Assembly (NCBI GenBank): GCA_016717325.1
Contig: JADKFV010000002.1
Span: 135,661-199,660, forward strand
DNA length: 64,000 bases
Source of the DNA: Bacteroidota bacterium
Lineage (GTDB): Bacteria; Bacteroidota; Bacteroidia; AKYH767-A; OLB10
Reading direction: 5' to 3'
Of the stretch, positions 12,201 to 23,042 are shown in pieces. Below the pieces are notes generated by a model, which worked only from the letters and a program-made list of their open reading frames with translations, was not told where the DNA came from and ran no database searches. The stretch's first letter is position 1; each line of letters begins with the position of its first letter. The position numbers and the translations under genes were made by a program.

Positions 12201-15179
12201 GTAACGCAACCAACATTATTGGTAGCAAGCTGCAGCGGCACGAATGTAACGTGCAAAGGCGGATCGACAGGTTCAGCAGCGGTGGTAGCAAGTGGAGGCA
12301 CAGCGCCTTACACATACTTATGGAGCAATGGAAAACCACAGCCTCGAACAACGGTTTATCGGCAGGCACGTACACAGCAACAGTAACAGACTCAAAAGGC
12401 TGCACAGCAAAATGTTCATACACAGTAACAGAGCCAAGCTATGTAGTTGCAACATGCAGTGGCACGAATGTAAATTGCTACGGAGGCAACAATGGCAGCG
12501 CAAGCGTAACAGCAAGTGGCGGCACACCACCATACACATACATGTGGAGCAATGGTAAAACCACCTCATCGAATAACAATTTATCAGCCGGCACGTATAC
12601 AGCTACAGTTACCGATGCAAACGGATGCACAGCAACCTGTTCATACACGGTAACGCAACCAACATTATTGGTAGCAAGCTGCAGCGGCACGAATGTAACG
12701 TGCAAAGGCGCATCGACAGGTTCAGCAGCGGTGGTAGCAAGTGGAGGCACAGCACCTTACACATACTTATGGAGCAATGGAAAAACCACAGCCTCGAACA
12801 ATGGCTTATCAGCAGGCACGTACACAGCAACAGTAACAGACTCAAAAGGCTGCACAGCAAAATGTTCATACACAGTAACAGAGCCAAGCTATGTGGTTGC
12901 AACATGCAGTGGCACGAATGTAAATTGCTACGGAGGCAACAATGGCAGCGCAAGCGTAACAGCAAGTGGCGGCACACCATCATATACATACGTGTGGAGC
13001 AATGGTAAAACCACCTCATCGAATAACAACTTATCAGCCGGCACGTATACAGCTACAGTTACCGATGCCAATGGATGCACAGCAACCTGTTCATACACTG
13101 TAACGCAACCAACATTATTGGTCGCAAGCTGCAGCGGCACGAATGTAACGTGCAAAGGCGGATCGACAGGTTCAGCAGCGGTGGTAGCAAGTGGAGGCAC
13201 AGCGCCTTACACATACTTATGGAGCAATGGAAAACCACAGCCTCGAACAACGGCTTATCAGCAGGCACGTACACAGCACAGTAACGGACTCAAAAGGCTG
13301 CACAGCAAAATGTTCATACACAGTAACAGAGCCAAGCTATGTAGTAGCAACATGCAGTGGCACGAATGTAAATTGCTATGGAGGCAACAATGGCAGCGCA
13401 AGCGTAACAGCAAGTGGCGGCACACCACCATACACATACATGTGGAGCAATGGTAAAACCACCTCATCAAACAGCAACTTATCAGCCGGCACGTATACAG
13501 CTACAGTTACCGATGCAAACGGATGCACAGCAACCTGTTCATACAATGTAACCCAACCAACATTATTGGTAGCTAATTGCAGTGGAACACCAATATCTTG
13601 CAATGGAAAAGATAATGGCACTGCCAGTGTTAGTGCGACAGGAGGTAAACTTCCATACACTTACTTATGGAGCAATGGAAAAACAACCAGCACTATAATT
13701 GGACTTATGGCAGCTACATATTCAGTAACTGTAACGGATGCAAATGGCTGCGTTTCGAATTGTGTATATACTGTGACACAACCAACTCCATTGGTTGCTG
13801 TATGTAGCAAAAGCGGTATCTCTTGCTATGGTGGAAATAACAGTACAGCAACAATGTTTGTTTCAGGCGGCACACCGCCATATGCTTTCTTATGGAACAC
13901 AGGTGCAACCACATCAACTATTTCAGGTTTGTATGCGGGTAATTACACGGTTACTGTTACTGATGCAAATAACTGCCAATCGTCTTGTACATTGTTAATT
14001 GATCAGCCTGATTTGCTGACTGCAACCTGTACTGGTACAAATTTAACGTGCAATGGTGGGTCTACTGGTAGTGCGAATATTTCTGCATCTGGTGGTACTG
14101 GTTCGTACACATATTTGTGGAGTAACGGAGCAACAACAAGTGGCATTAGTAATCTTGGTGCAGGGGTCTATACTGCAACTGTAATAGACATCAACGGTTG
14201 CACAGCGTCTTGTGTAAGGACTATTACTCAGCCAGTTAGCATAGTAATAACAATGTCAGGTTCAAATGCAACATGTAATAATAATGGAACTGCACAAGTA
14301 GTAGCTGTTGGAGGTGTTCTTCCTTATACTTATCTATGGAGCAATGGCGCGACCACATCTTCTATTTCAGGTTTATTTGCAGGTACATATTCCGTAAAAG
14401 TTACTGATGCTGCAGGTTGTTCAAAAAATGGAACGTATACTGTAACACAATCTTCTTCTACGGTATTAACATTAACAGGAACAAATGTTCTTTGCTATGG
14501 TGCTTCAAATGGCACTGCCGTTGCTACAGCTGTAGGTGGAAGCCCGTTCACTTATTTATGGAGTAATGGAAAAACGACTAAGCAAATCGGTTCGTTATCT
14601 GCAGGCATCTACGCTGTAACTGTTACAAATAATTCCGGGTGTACATATACAGCTTCCATAAACATAACTTCACCATCTACATCACTCACTTGTCAGGCGT
14701 CAAGTACAAGTTCGCAAGGAGGTTCTTGTACAGGAACATTAACTGTTAGCTCAACTGGAGGAACTGCTCCATACACATATTTATGGAGTAATGGTGCAAC
14801 AACATGGAATGTTACCGGGGTTTGTGCTGGTCCGTATATAGTAACAGTTACAGATGCGAACGGATGCACATGCAGCAAAACAGTTAAGATAGATGCCGTT
14901 GTTGCTAAAGTTGGTTTTGATAGCCAATATATGCAATTAAGTTTGTCACCAAATCCAACCAGAGGATTAGTGAACATAAAATTTGTGACTGATGAAATTT
15001 TAAACTACACATTGAACATAATGGATGTAAATGGCAGAATTGTTTCAAGTGAAATGCGCCAAAGCGTAGAAGGGGAAAACACATTGTCAGTTGACTTAAG
15101 TACCCTAGATAAAGGTGTTTACCTTGTTAAGATTGATGCTGGGGGCTACACTCATTTCGCTCGAGTTGTCTTACATTAA
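264..15179 (+). CDS. Giant SprB-repeat cell-surface adhesin and T9SS cargo, about 4970 aa if read through. The frame is interrupted at about 2065-2110, 2296, 2465, 2497, 8290, 8705, 10085, 12335 and 13233-13262.
   Basis: Six consecutive ORFs in different frames have overlapping ends. All translate to the same ~75-aa SprB-type repeat: C-x-G-x-N-x-x-C-x-G..G.A.V.ASGG..PYTY.WSNG.T...N..L.AGTYT.TVTD..GC. There are about 63 repeats. The N-terminus (MKKSY...FAIASLLIVVQLSNNACA) is signal-peptide-like. The last 80 aa (LSLSPNPTRGLVNIKF...GVYLVKIDAGGYTHFARVVLH) match the T9SS C-terminal sorting domain. Confidence 0.8.
1365..13553 (+). repeat. Tandem array of about 27 copies of a 450-bp unit. Each unit encodes two SprB repeats. 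Copies differ at only a few positions per unit.
   Basis: Direct comparison of successive units, for example the motif caaccaacattattgg at 1365, 1815, 2306, 2756 and onward at 450-bp spacing up to 13106. Antisense ORFs of identical sequence recur every 450 bp in the ORF track. Confidence 0.9.
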
Positions 15180-15204
15180 AAGATTAGAATGAACTTTGAT
15201 AAGA

Positions 15205-15232
15205 AGAGCCTCGATTTGGGGCTCTTTTTTTT
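15205..15232 (+). terminator. Rho-independent terminator after the adhesin gene.
   Basis: Hairpin agagcctcgatttggggctct followed by T8, 25 bp after the stop codon. Confidence 0.6.
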
Positions 15233-15850
15233 GGGGCAAATAATTTTTCATATTTTTCTTTTCTCGAAAATCTAATTGTCTAGCACAATATGATAATGAA
15301 GCAATAACATAGATTAGTATACGATAAGCACTTAGACCATTGCGAAAAAAAGGTTAGATCAAACACGAATATTTTTATTGTGATAAACAAATTGTATTAT
15401 TTTACTTTTCAATTTTACGACTATTCTTGATTTGACTTTTTAGTTGGAGAATGAAAAGATGTTTTTATATGCACAGGAGTAAAAGGGATTTTAACCCAAA
15501 TTATACAATTGAAATTATCGATTGAACAATTATTAATTAAACCAACCCTTTTGGCTCCACTTTATTTCATCAAATGGGTGCGTTTCTAAATCGGGATTTA
15601 CCCAACTAATGGAGATAATTCGGCTCGTTCCTGACCTTCTATTTTATAATTTGTGTTCAAAATTGTACAGCTATAAAATAGATGCTTTCTATTTTATAAA
15701 TACAATTCATATAAAAGCAAAGCTTGGATTGCAAATTGATTTACAAACGAAAAGCAGGTAGAGCAATATTTGATTTCGGTTGTAGGCTCTGGAATTAAAC
15801 ATGTGGAAAAAAACGAATTACGGTACGACTATAAAAAGGATGGATTGATA

Positions 15851-15890
15851 GAAAAAGAAAAACCGGATGACTTTTTCAAATCATCCGGTT
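15851..15890 (-). terminator. Rho-independent terminator after the tlpA-like gene.
   Basis: Hairpin ccggatga/tcatccgg at 15863-15888. On the minus strand it is followed by tttttcttttt. Confidence 0.5.
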
Positions 15891-15914
15891 AAAAATAATA
15901 ATTACCCCTAATTT

Positions 15915-16475
15915 TTATTTTCCTTTTCTTGTTGTTATTAACTTTTCCAGGGCCTGTTCCAATGCTGGACCTCTTAAGTCTCTACCAACAATAATACCAT
16001 TTTCGTTTATTAAAAAATTAGTAGGAATGGACTGCACTTGGTAAACTGCAGCAGGTTTCGATTGCCATCCGCCCAGGTCGCTTACGTGATTAGGCCAATC
16101 AAGTTTGTCCGTTGCTATAGCCTTAACCCATTGGTCTTTATTTTGGTCGAGGGAAACATTAAATACAGTAAATCCCTTTGCTTTAGAATTAAACTTGGTG
16201 TCTTTATATTTTTGATAAGCAGCAACTACATTGGGGTTTTCCATTCTGCATGGGCGGCACCACGATGCCCAAAAGTCCAGCAAAACAATTTTACCTCTTA
16301 AAGATGACAAAGCAATTTCTTTACCTTCGGGGCTCATAAATTTCAAATCAACAGCTTTGTTGCCAACTTCAATGCCGGTAACAACCGATGCAGTTTTATT
16401 TTGAGGAACACTCATAAAGCTGTAGCCTAAAAAAGCGATAGCAACTGCGATAAAACCGAAACCTAATTTTTTCAT
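15915..16475 (-). CDS. TlpA/ResA-like periplasmic thiol:disulfide oxidoreductase (thioredoxin fold).
   Basis: Signal peptide MKKLGFGFIAVAIAFLG. Motif LLDFWASWCRPCRMENP has a CxxC in thioredoxin/TlpA context. Confidence 0.85.
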   Translation of the reverse strand: MKKLGFGFIAVAIAFLGYSFMSVPQNKTASVVTGIEVGNKAVDLKFMSPEGKEIALSSLRGKIVLLDFWASWCRPCRMENPNVVAAYQKYKDTKFNSKAKGFTVFNVSLDQNKDQWVKAIATDKLDWPNHVSDLGGWQSKPAAVYQVQSIPTNFLINENGIIVGRDLRGPALEQALEKLITTRKGK

Positions 16476-16595
16476 ATTTTTTTTGTAGTTTATAAATTTA
16501 AAGGGCCAAAGATAATGCCGTATTCTTAATCCAAAATATTTTTGCCTATCAATTAATGTAAACTACATTATTAGCTTTTTGAAAAGAGAAACGAA

Positions 16596-19101
16596 CTATA
16601 ATTTTATTATTTTTTTTGTTGCTTGTCCTTCTGCTGTCGAAATTCTAAGAGTATACACTCCGGCTTCCACATCTTGTAAATTAATTAATTGCTGATTGAC
16701 ACCCTTTGAAAATTCTCTATTGGTAATTGTTTTTATTAATTTTCCAGACAAGTCATATAATGATAAATTGACATTTGTTGATGACGAAAGATGAAAGCTT
16801 ATAACACTATTTTCAAGTGCCGGATTAGGTTTAGCTTGCATCAAAGTTACCCCGCTGTTATTGTTTTGATGTTGATTAAAAACCGATAATGGATCATCGC
16901 CCGAAACATCGCGCAACCATAACCCTCGTCCATAGGTGGCAACTAAAACATAAAACTTACCATTTATTGCTGTGCTATCTATATAGTCGAGTTTGCTCAT
17001 TTCAACCCGCTTTGGTAATCCATTTGCCCACTTTACCCAAGTGATGCCGCCATCAAGTGTTTTAAAGCCTCCCTCGGTTGTTGCAACATAATATATGTTT
17101 GCGTTAATGGGAGATGGCAGTATATCTGTGATTGGCACATTGGGTAAATTTCCGCTTATGTTTGTCCATGTCAAGCCAATATCATCTGAACGAAATACTT
17201 TGTTACCTGCTGCGGCTGCGCTAATGTCTGTCACAGTGGCAAATACTCTATCGGGCAACACAAAGTCAGCCTGAATCTGATTGAATCCTAAATTGGGTAG
17301 CGTTCCGGTTCGGTCAACCCATTGCAATAAATTTCTATCGCGTACTTTTACTTTCGAGTTGACAAGGGTGTAAATGCTTGGTTCGCTAGAACCGCTTTGA
17401 TCAATACTGAAACTATAAATTTCGGAAGTAAAGGCATTGTTTGGGTTAACCTTTTCCCAGGTTACACCAAAATCGAAAGTACGATAAAGATAACTGCTTG
17501 CATTTGTATAAAGCGCACCCGTGTTATTATCTAATCTTAATGCTGGATACCATTGTCCGTTAGGGTCGATGCCCGTTGTATTATCTTGCCACGACATGCC
17601 ACCGTTGGTGCTAAACTGCCTGTGAAATGCGTGAGTGCCTCCATAAACACCAACAGCAGTATAAAGATTCAATGGAAAGAAAGGATCAGAAGCAACACCG
17701 CCTCCATCGCCTCCTGTAGTAGTCCAGTTGGGCACATTGGTTGATCGGTATACAGTGCCATTGTCCTGAGTTCCTCCAAGCATAGAACTTGCCGAAGCCT
17801 TCGATGCTGAACAATCAATATATTGTGTAATAGGTAAATTATTGGTCGCAGTATTTATTGTATTAAAAGAGAAGCCATTATTTTTAGAAATAAAAACGCC
17901 ACCATCGTTACCAATTATGCACCAATTATTTGCAGCAAAAGCTACAGCATGCTGATCGGCATGACGGCCATCTACTTCATTAAAAATATTTCCATCGGTG
18001 GTACGAAATATAGAAACACCACCAGCCATTACAATATTGGGATCGGTTGGATTAACGCCTATCGAATTATCATACCATCCTTGATTACCATGAAAATTTG
18101 AATTGGCCGGGTTTCCATTTATATCATTACCAAGAACACATTTTGTCCATGTGGCACCATCGTCTACAGATTTGTAAATTCCTTTTGTGCCATTGCTTGT
18201 GTTTTCGGTAATGTTTGCATAAATAATGGATGGTGACGAAAGGGCAATGTCAAGGGCCGTTCGTCCTACATTGGTAGCTGGTGCCGAAGTGTTTTTTATA
18301 AAATTTAAGCCACCATCGGTAGACCGGTAAATGCCCGAATTCCATTGTGCCAATACTATGTTATTCGGGTTGGTCGGATTTACAAACCACATCTGTAATT
18401 TCACCTTGCTTTGTTCTTGTCCATGTTACACCTCCATCATCCGACTGATAAAGTCCTGTATTGGCAGCGGCATATAATTTCAGAGGATTGCCATTTATTA
18501 TTATCAACTCATAAAAAGTACTGGGCTGTGGTGTGAGCGTTAATTTTGTCCAAGACACACCTTTATCGATAGTTTTCCAAAGGCCACAACCTCCCGACAA
18601 GGCACCTTCACCAGTACCAAGAAATATCACATCAGAGTTGTTTGGGTCGGTGGCAAAAGCGCCTCCGGCATTGCAATCGAGGTGGTCACTCAACGATTGA
18701 TTTACAATTGTTCCATTTGAGAGTGAATCTATTTGCCACAAACCACCCGTTGCACTTAATATCCGCATGGTGCCTTGTTTAGTGTATTCTACATCGGTAA
18801 CACGGCCGGAGTATACTATGGTAGAACCCGGAATAATACCAAAAGGGCCAATATTTTCCCATGCATTTACTGTAGCAACTTTTCCATTAGAAAGGCTTTG
18901 TTCATCGGGCATGTTTTTTATTTCGTCTGCAGCGCGTTGCAGGTATTCAGGGGTAGCATTGCCGTATGGATAATACCACCGCTGGCGGAGCATTTTTTCT
19001 TTCCATGGGCCTTTAATTATTGAAGGTGGTGTGAGTGCACTTTCCTGTGCCATTGCCATTGAAGCAATTGAGATTAAAAACAGAGTAAGCGTTTTTTTCA
19101 T
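16596..19101 (-). CDS. BNR/Asp-box repeat (beta-propeller, sialidase/sortilin-like) protein with T9SS C-terminal domain. One frameshift at about 18361-18404.
   Basis: Two overlapping minus-strand ORFs: 18361-19101 carrying the signal peptide, and 16596-18404. Repeated S-x-D-x-G-x-T/W-W motifs (DGGVTWTRT, DGGLNF, DGATWTKC, DFGVTWEKV, DIGLTWTNI, DGGITWVKW). The C-terminus VTLMQAKPNPALENSVISF...GVYTLRISTAEGQATKKIIKL is T9SS-CTD-like. Confidence 0.75.
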
Positions 19102-19367
19102 CGATATTGTTTGATTTTAGTTTTTAAGAAATGTAATCCAAATAAACACATTGTTTCTAAAGTATAGTAAAAAAATGTCACATCTAAGTTTTTATTGCAA
19201 TTCAAATATATGTCATTTACTTGTAAAGAATTTCTAAAAAATATTATTTGATAAAACGTTAACAAAAATTTCGATTTCAAAGAAATAATTTCACCATCGT
19301 AAAAAATATATACTTTAGCCAACGAAACAAAATCAATATAAATTTTCTAAACCTCTAAAATCAAATT

Positions 19368-21068
19368 ATGGCGAATACAGCAACAGTAAAAACAGGACAT
19401 CCAAAAGGACTTTGGGTTCTATTCGGAACAGAAATGTGGGAGCGCTTTAACTTCTACGGAATGCGAGCAATCTTAACCCTTTTCATGATTAATTCTTTGC
19501 GAATGGATGAAGCAAATGCCACAATAATTTACGGAGGGTTTCTTGGTCTTTGTTATTTAACACCAATGTTGGGCGGTTTTATTTCCGATCGCTTTTTTGG
19601 AAATAGAAACTGTATTTTATTGGGTGGTTTGATGATGGCAGTGGGGCAATTTTTACTATTTACTAGCGCCAGTATTTTTTCTACCAATTTACCTTTGGCC
19701 AATACTTTGATGTGGAGTGCATTAGGAATAATTATTTTTGGAAATGGATTTTTCAAGCCAAACATTTCGAGCATGGTTGGTAGTTTATATCCGAAGCAAG
19801 AAAAAAATAAATTAGATACTGCCTTCACTATTTTTTATATGGGCATTAACCTTGGTGCATTTTTAGGACAATCCATTTGTCCATTGGTGGGTGATGTAGT
19901 GGATAAAGGAGGGATACGCGATGTGCATGCTTTTAAATGGGGATTTTTGGCGGCATCCATTGCAATGGTACTAGGTACTTTGGTTTTCTATTTTTTGAAA
20001 AACAAATATGTTGTTAATCCCGAAGGAAAAGCATTAGGTGGTTTGCCTAAGCATAATGATAGCTCAGATTATGAAGTAGGTGAAGCCCAAAAAGCTGTAT
20101 TCACTCCAAAGGCTTTAGTTATTTCTGTTTTATCATTTGTAGCATTGTTTTTTGTTTTTAGATATTTATTAGGTGGCACCAACTTGGTAAAAACCATTAT
20201 TTATCCAATAATTTATGCCAGTGGAATTACATTGGCTGGGTTGATTATTTCGGATAAATCGCTAACCAAAATTGAACGCGATAGAATAAGCGTAATATAC
20301 ATTATTTCATTTTTTATTATCTTTTTTTGGGCAGCTTTTGAGCAAGCGGGTTCCTCACTAACTTACATAGCCGCAAATCAAACTGATCGTACATTTTTGT
20401 TTGGGTGGAAAATGCCGGCTTCAATGGTTCAAGTATTTAATGGTATATTCGTTTTTGCATTCGCCTTTCCATTTAGTTTACTGTGGGATAAATTAAGGGC
20501 GATGGGTAAGGAGCCTATTTCACCAGCAAAGCAGGCAATTGGTTTGGCAGTAATGGCATTAAGCTATTTTATACTTGCGCATAATGTAAAAGATTTAGGC
20601 AGCGCAGGAATGCTTGCCATCAAATGGTTAATATTATTATACTTAATTCAAACCTTTGCCGAGTTATGTTTGTCTCCAATTGGGCTTTCTTTAGTTGGTA
20701 AATTAGCACCAAAAAGATTCGCATCCTTATTATTTGGGGTGTTCTTTATTGCTAATGCAGCGGGGTATGCTTTGTCGGGAACTTTGGGTGCATTGATGCC
20801 TGCAACTGGCGATAAATTTGAAAAAGCACAAAAATTGGGTATCGATTTACAAGGGGTTTTGGATAAAACATATATCCCAACCTCAGAACAAACTGCTGCC
20901 TTGGCCAATGCAAAAATAAGCGACACTTACCCTACCATTATCGGAATGACCATTCATAATTTATTCGAATTTTTAATGATTTTTGCTGTGGTATCGGGCA
21001 TTGCCGCTATTATTTTGTTTGCATTAACACCAATTTTAAAACGGTTGATGCATCAGATAAAAGAGTAA
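19368..21068 (+). CDS. POT/PTR2-family proton-dependent di/tripeptide transporter.
   Basis: N-terminal GLWVLFGTEMWERFNFYGMRAILTLFM carries the PTR2 signature. It is a polytopic membrane protein of 566 aa. Confidence 0.9.
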   Translation: MANTATVKTGHPKGLWVLFGTEMWERFNFYGMRAILTLFMINSLRMDEANATIIYGGFLGLCYLTPMLGGFISDRFFGNRNCILLGGLMMAVGQFLLFTSASIFSTNLPLANTLMWSALGIIIFGNGFFKPNISSMVGSLYPKQEKNKLDTAFTIFYMGINLGAFLGQSICPLVGDVVDKGGIRDVHAFKWGFLAASIAMVLGTLVFYFLKNKYVVNPEGKALGGLPKHNDSSDYEVGEAQKAVFTPKALVISVLSFVALFFVFRYLLGGTNLVKTIIYPIIYASGITLAGLIISDKSLTKIERDRISVIYIISFFIIFFWAAFEQAGSSLTYIAANQTDRTFLFGWKMPASMVQVFNGIFVFAFAFPFSLLWDKLRAMGKEPISPAKQAIGLAVMALSYFILAHNVKDLGSAGMLAIKWLILLYLIQTFAELCLSPIGLSLVGKLAPKRFASLLFGVFFIANAAGYALSGTLGALMPATGDKFEKAQKLGIDLQGVLDKTYIPTSEQTAALANAKISDTYPTIIGMTIHNLFEFLMIFAVVSGIAAIILFALTPILKRLMHQIKE

Positions 21069-21121
21069 TCGTCACAAATAAACATTTCTAAAAATCCCTC
21101 AACACAATTGAGGGATTTTTT

Positions 21122-21942
21122 TTATTTTAGATTTTCGTATACCCTAAAATAATCAATCTCAAACGAACACGGAAAAACGGTTTGGGCATTTGGAGGGCCA
21201 TCATAAAATCCTCCAACAGCAAGGTTCAAAAATACTGGCATAGGAAGTTGTGGCACATGCGTTGTTTTACATGCACCAATTGACCATTAAAATAATATTC
21301 GATTTTGTTCGGTGTCCAATTTACACCGTAGGTAAAAAAATCATCAGAAAGGTCGAGTTTTTTATTGAAAAACCACCATCCATTCAACTTGGGAATTATC
21401 ATTGCATTGTCGCTCAAATCGCCTGTAGCAGCCTTCCAAAAATTATTTACCCAATAGCGCGAAGTGTTGCTGCCACCAAATTCGAAAACATCAATCTCCT
21501 GATAGTAAGTTCCGCTACCTTTATAAAACCAAAATGCCGGCCACAAACCTTTTCCGGTTGGCACTTTTGCGCGTACTTCAAAATATCCAAACGAGAATTC
21601 TTTCTTCGAAATAATTTGGCCCGATGAATAATTGAATCTTTCGTATTTTTCTTTGTGTGCAGTGAGTTTTAAAATTCCGTTCTCAATAAAAATGTTTTTT
21701 TTGCTATTGCGATAATATTGTTCTTCGTTACCATGCTCACCGGTATTTACTTTCCAGGCAATGGTGTCTAAATTATTATGATTAAACTCTTCGCTCCACA
21801 CCATTTTAGATTTGACAACAGCATTACCTTTTGAATTTGGCAGAACAGTTTTTACGCGTTGGGCAAAAGTGCTTTTTGATAAAAGCGTGAAACAAAATAT
21901 TACAACAATTTTTTTCATAACGGAACGATTTTGGATATGCAA
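21122..21942 (-). CDS. GH16 beta-glucanase, laminarinase-like, secreted. The last ~40 aa lie in another frame; the frameshift is at about 21262-21270.
   Basis: Signal peptide. Catalytic motif YQEIDVFEF (E-x-D-x-x-E). After the ORF-track stop, a -1 frame continues as THVPQLPMPVFLNLAVGGFYDGPPNAQTVFPCSFEIDYFRVYENLK*, the canonical GH16 C-terminus. Confidence 0.75.
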
Positions 21943-22046
21943 ATAAAGTTGCGAATAAAGTAAAACTATTTCATTGAAAAGTTATAGCTTGAGTTTGCAA
22001 AATATCTTTAGATTTGCCGTTCGAAAACAATTTAAATAATAAATAT

Positions 22047-22685
22047 ATGAAGAAGATTTTTTTGACTTTAGCACTTTTTGGTGCATGTATCACATTCGCT
22101 TTGGCACAAGAAACCAAGGACGACAAAATAAATAAAATGATTAAGGATGGTGCCGAGTATGTGAAAGCAAAGCAGTACAAAGAAGCTGCGGGAAGCTTAC
22201 AGGAGGCCATTAATATTATCAACGAAATAATTGGCGATGTAATATTGCAAGGTTTGCCAAAATCGGCAGGTGGCCTTACAAGCGATCCTGCAAATGATCA
22301 AGTAACAAGCTTGGGAACCCTTATGGGCGCAGGCATGCAAGTGCAGCGTATGTATTACAACGAAAAAGGACAATCGGTAAATATCACTATTCAGCCAAAC
22401 TCTCCTCAGTTATCATCTCTCAATACATTCTTAGATAATCCCGATGATTATCCGGGCGAAGAAGCAGGAAAACGTGTAAAGGTGAAAGATTTCAAATCTT
22501 TATTACGTTTTACAAAGGCCGAAGGTGAAGATGGTTCCTCATCTGGTTATTTAACCATGCCATTTTACACTTCGGTTGTTACAGTTCAGGGTGGTGGCTT
22601 TGCTGACGAGAAAGAATTTTTGGCTTTTCTTGAATTATTTGATTGGAAGTTATTAGCCAAGAATATGGGCTATGTAAAAGAATAA
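22047..22685 (+). CDS. Hypothetical secreted protein. Signal peptide MKKIFLTLALFGACITFALAQ.
   Basis: ORF with signal peptide. No recognisable motif. Confidence 0.5.
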   Translation: MKKIFLTLALFGACITFALAQETKDDKINKMIKDGAEYVKAKQYKEAAGSLQEAINIINEIIGDVILQGLPKSAGGLTSDPANDQVTSLGTLMGAGMQVQRMYYNEKGQSVNITIQPNSPQLSSLNTFLDNPDDYPGEEAGKRVKVKDFKSLLRFTKAEGEDGSSSGYLTMPFYTSVVTVQGGGFADEKEFLAFLELFDWKLLAKNMGYVKE

Positions 22686-22692
22686 TTTTGGA

Positions 22693-23031
22693 ATGATAAA
22701 CTGGAAATCGCTCAACACAAAAGAAGATATATCAGAAGCCATAAAAAGCAGTTTTGACGAGAATAGTGTAACCTGTATTTTTAAACACAGCACTCGTTGC
22801 AGTGTGAGTCGCATGGTATTAAAGCAGTTTGAAGCAGAAGCGTTGCCGGAGGTGAATGGCAATTTTTATTTTCTTGATCTTCTCAGCTACCGCGAAATTT
22901 CGGATGCCATTGCACGCGAATTTTCTGTACAACATCAATCACCACAACTTTTAATTTTGAAAAACGGTAAAGCGATTCATACCGAATCGCATGAGAATAT
23001 TTCGTTCAATAATATTGTATTAAATAATTAA
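22693..23031 (+). CDS. Small thioredoxin-fold monothiol protein, YtxJ/DUF2847-like.
   Basis: 112 aa. Motif KHSTRCSVS (T-x-C-x-x-S) in a YtxJ-like context. The call rests on recalled family features. Confidence 0.5.
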   Translation: MINWKSLNTKEDISEAIKSSFDENSVTCIFKHSTRCSVSRMVLKQFEAEALPEVNGNFYFLDLLSYREISDAIAREFSVQHQSPQLLILKNGKAIHTESHENISFNNIVLNN

Positions 23032-23042
23032 AATAAAAAACT

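Noticed and set aside
1365-13553. Possible CRISPR array, because the repeats are regularly spaced and identical.
   Set aside because: The repeat unit is 450 bp, protein-coding and contiguous, with no unique spacers. No cas genes are in the window.
1365-13553. Horizontally acquired island suggested by the GC jump (about 50% versus about 37%).
   Set aside because: The composition is fully explained by Gly/Ala/Thr/Ser/Cys codon usage of the SprB repeat. The flanking N- and C-terminal diverged repeats of the same gene have intermediate GC.
1244-13660. Dozens of 64-181-aa ORFs on both strands inside the adhesin gene (for example 1351-1731 -, 2725-3108 +, 3028-3300 -).
   Set aside because: They recur with the 450-bp period and identical sequence. 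They are alternative-frame or antisense read-throughs of a G/C-codon-rich repeat, not genes.
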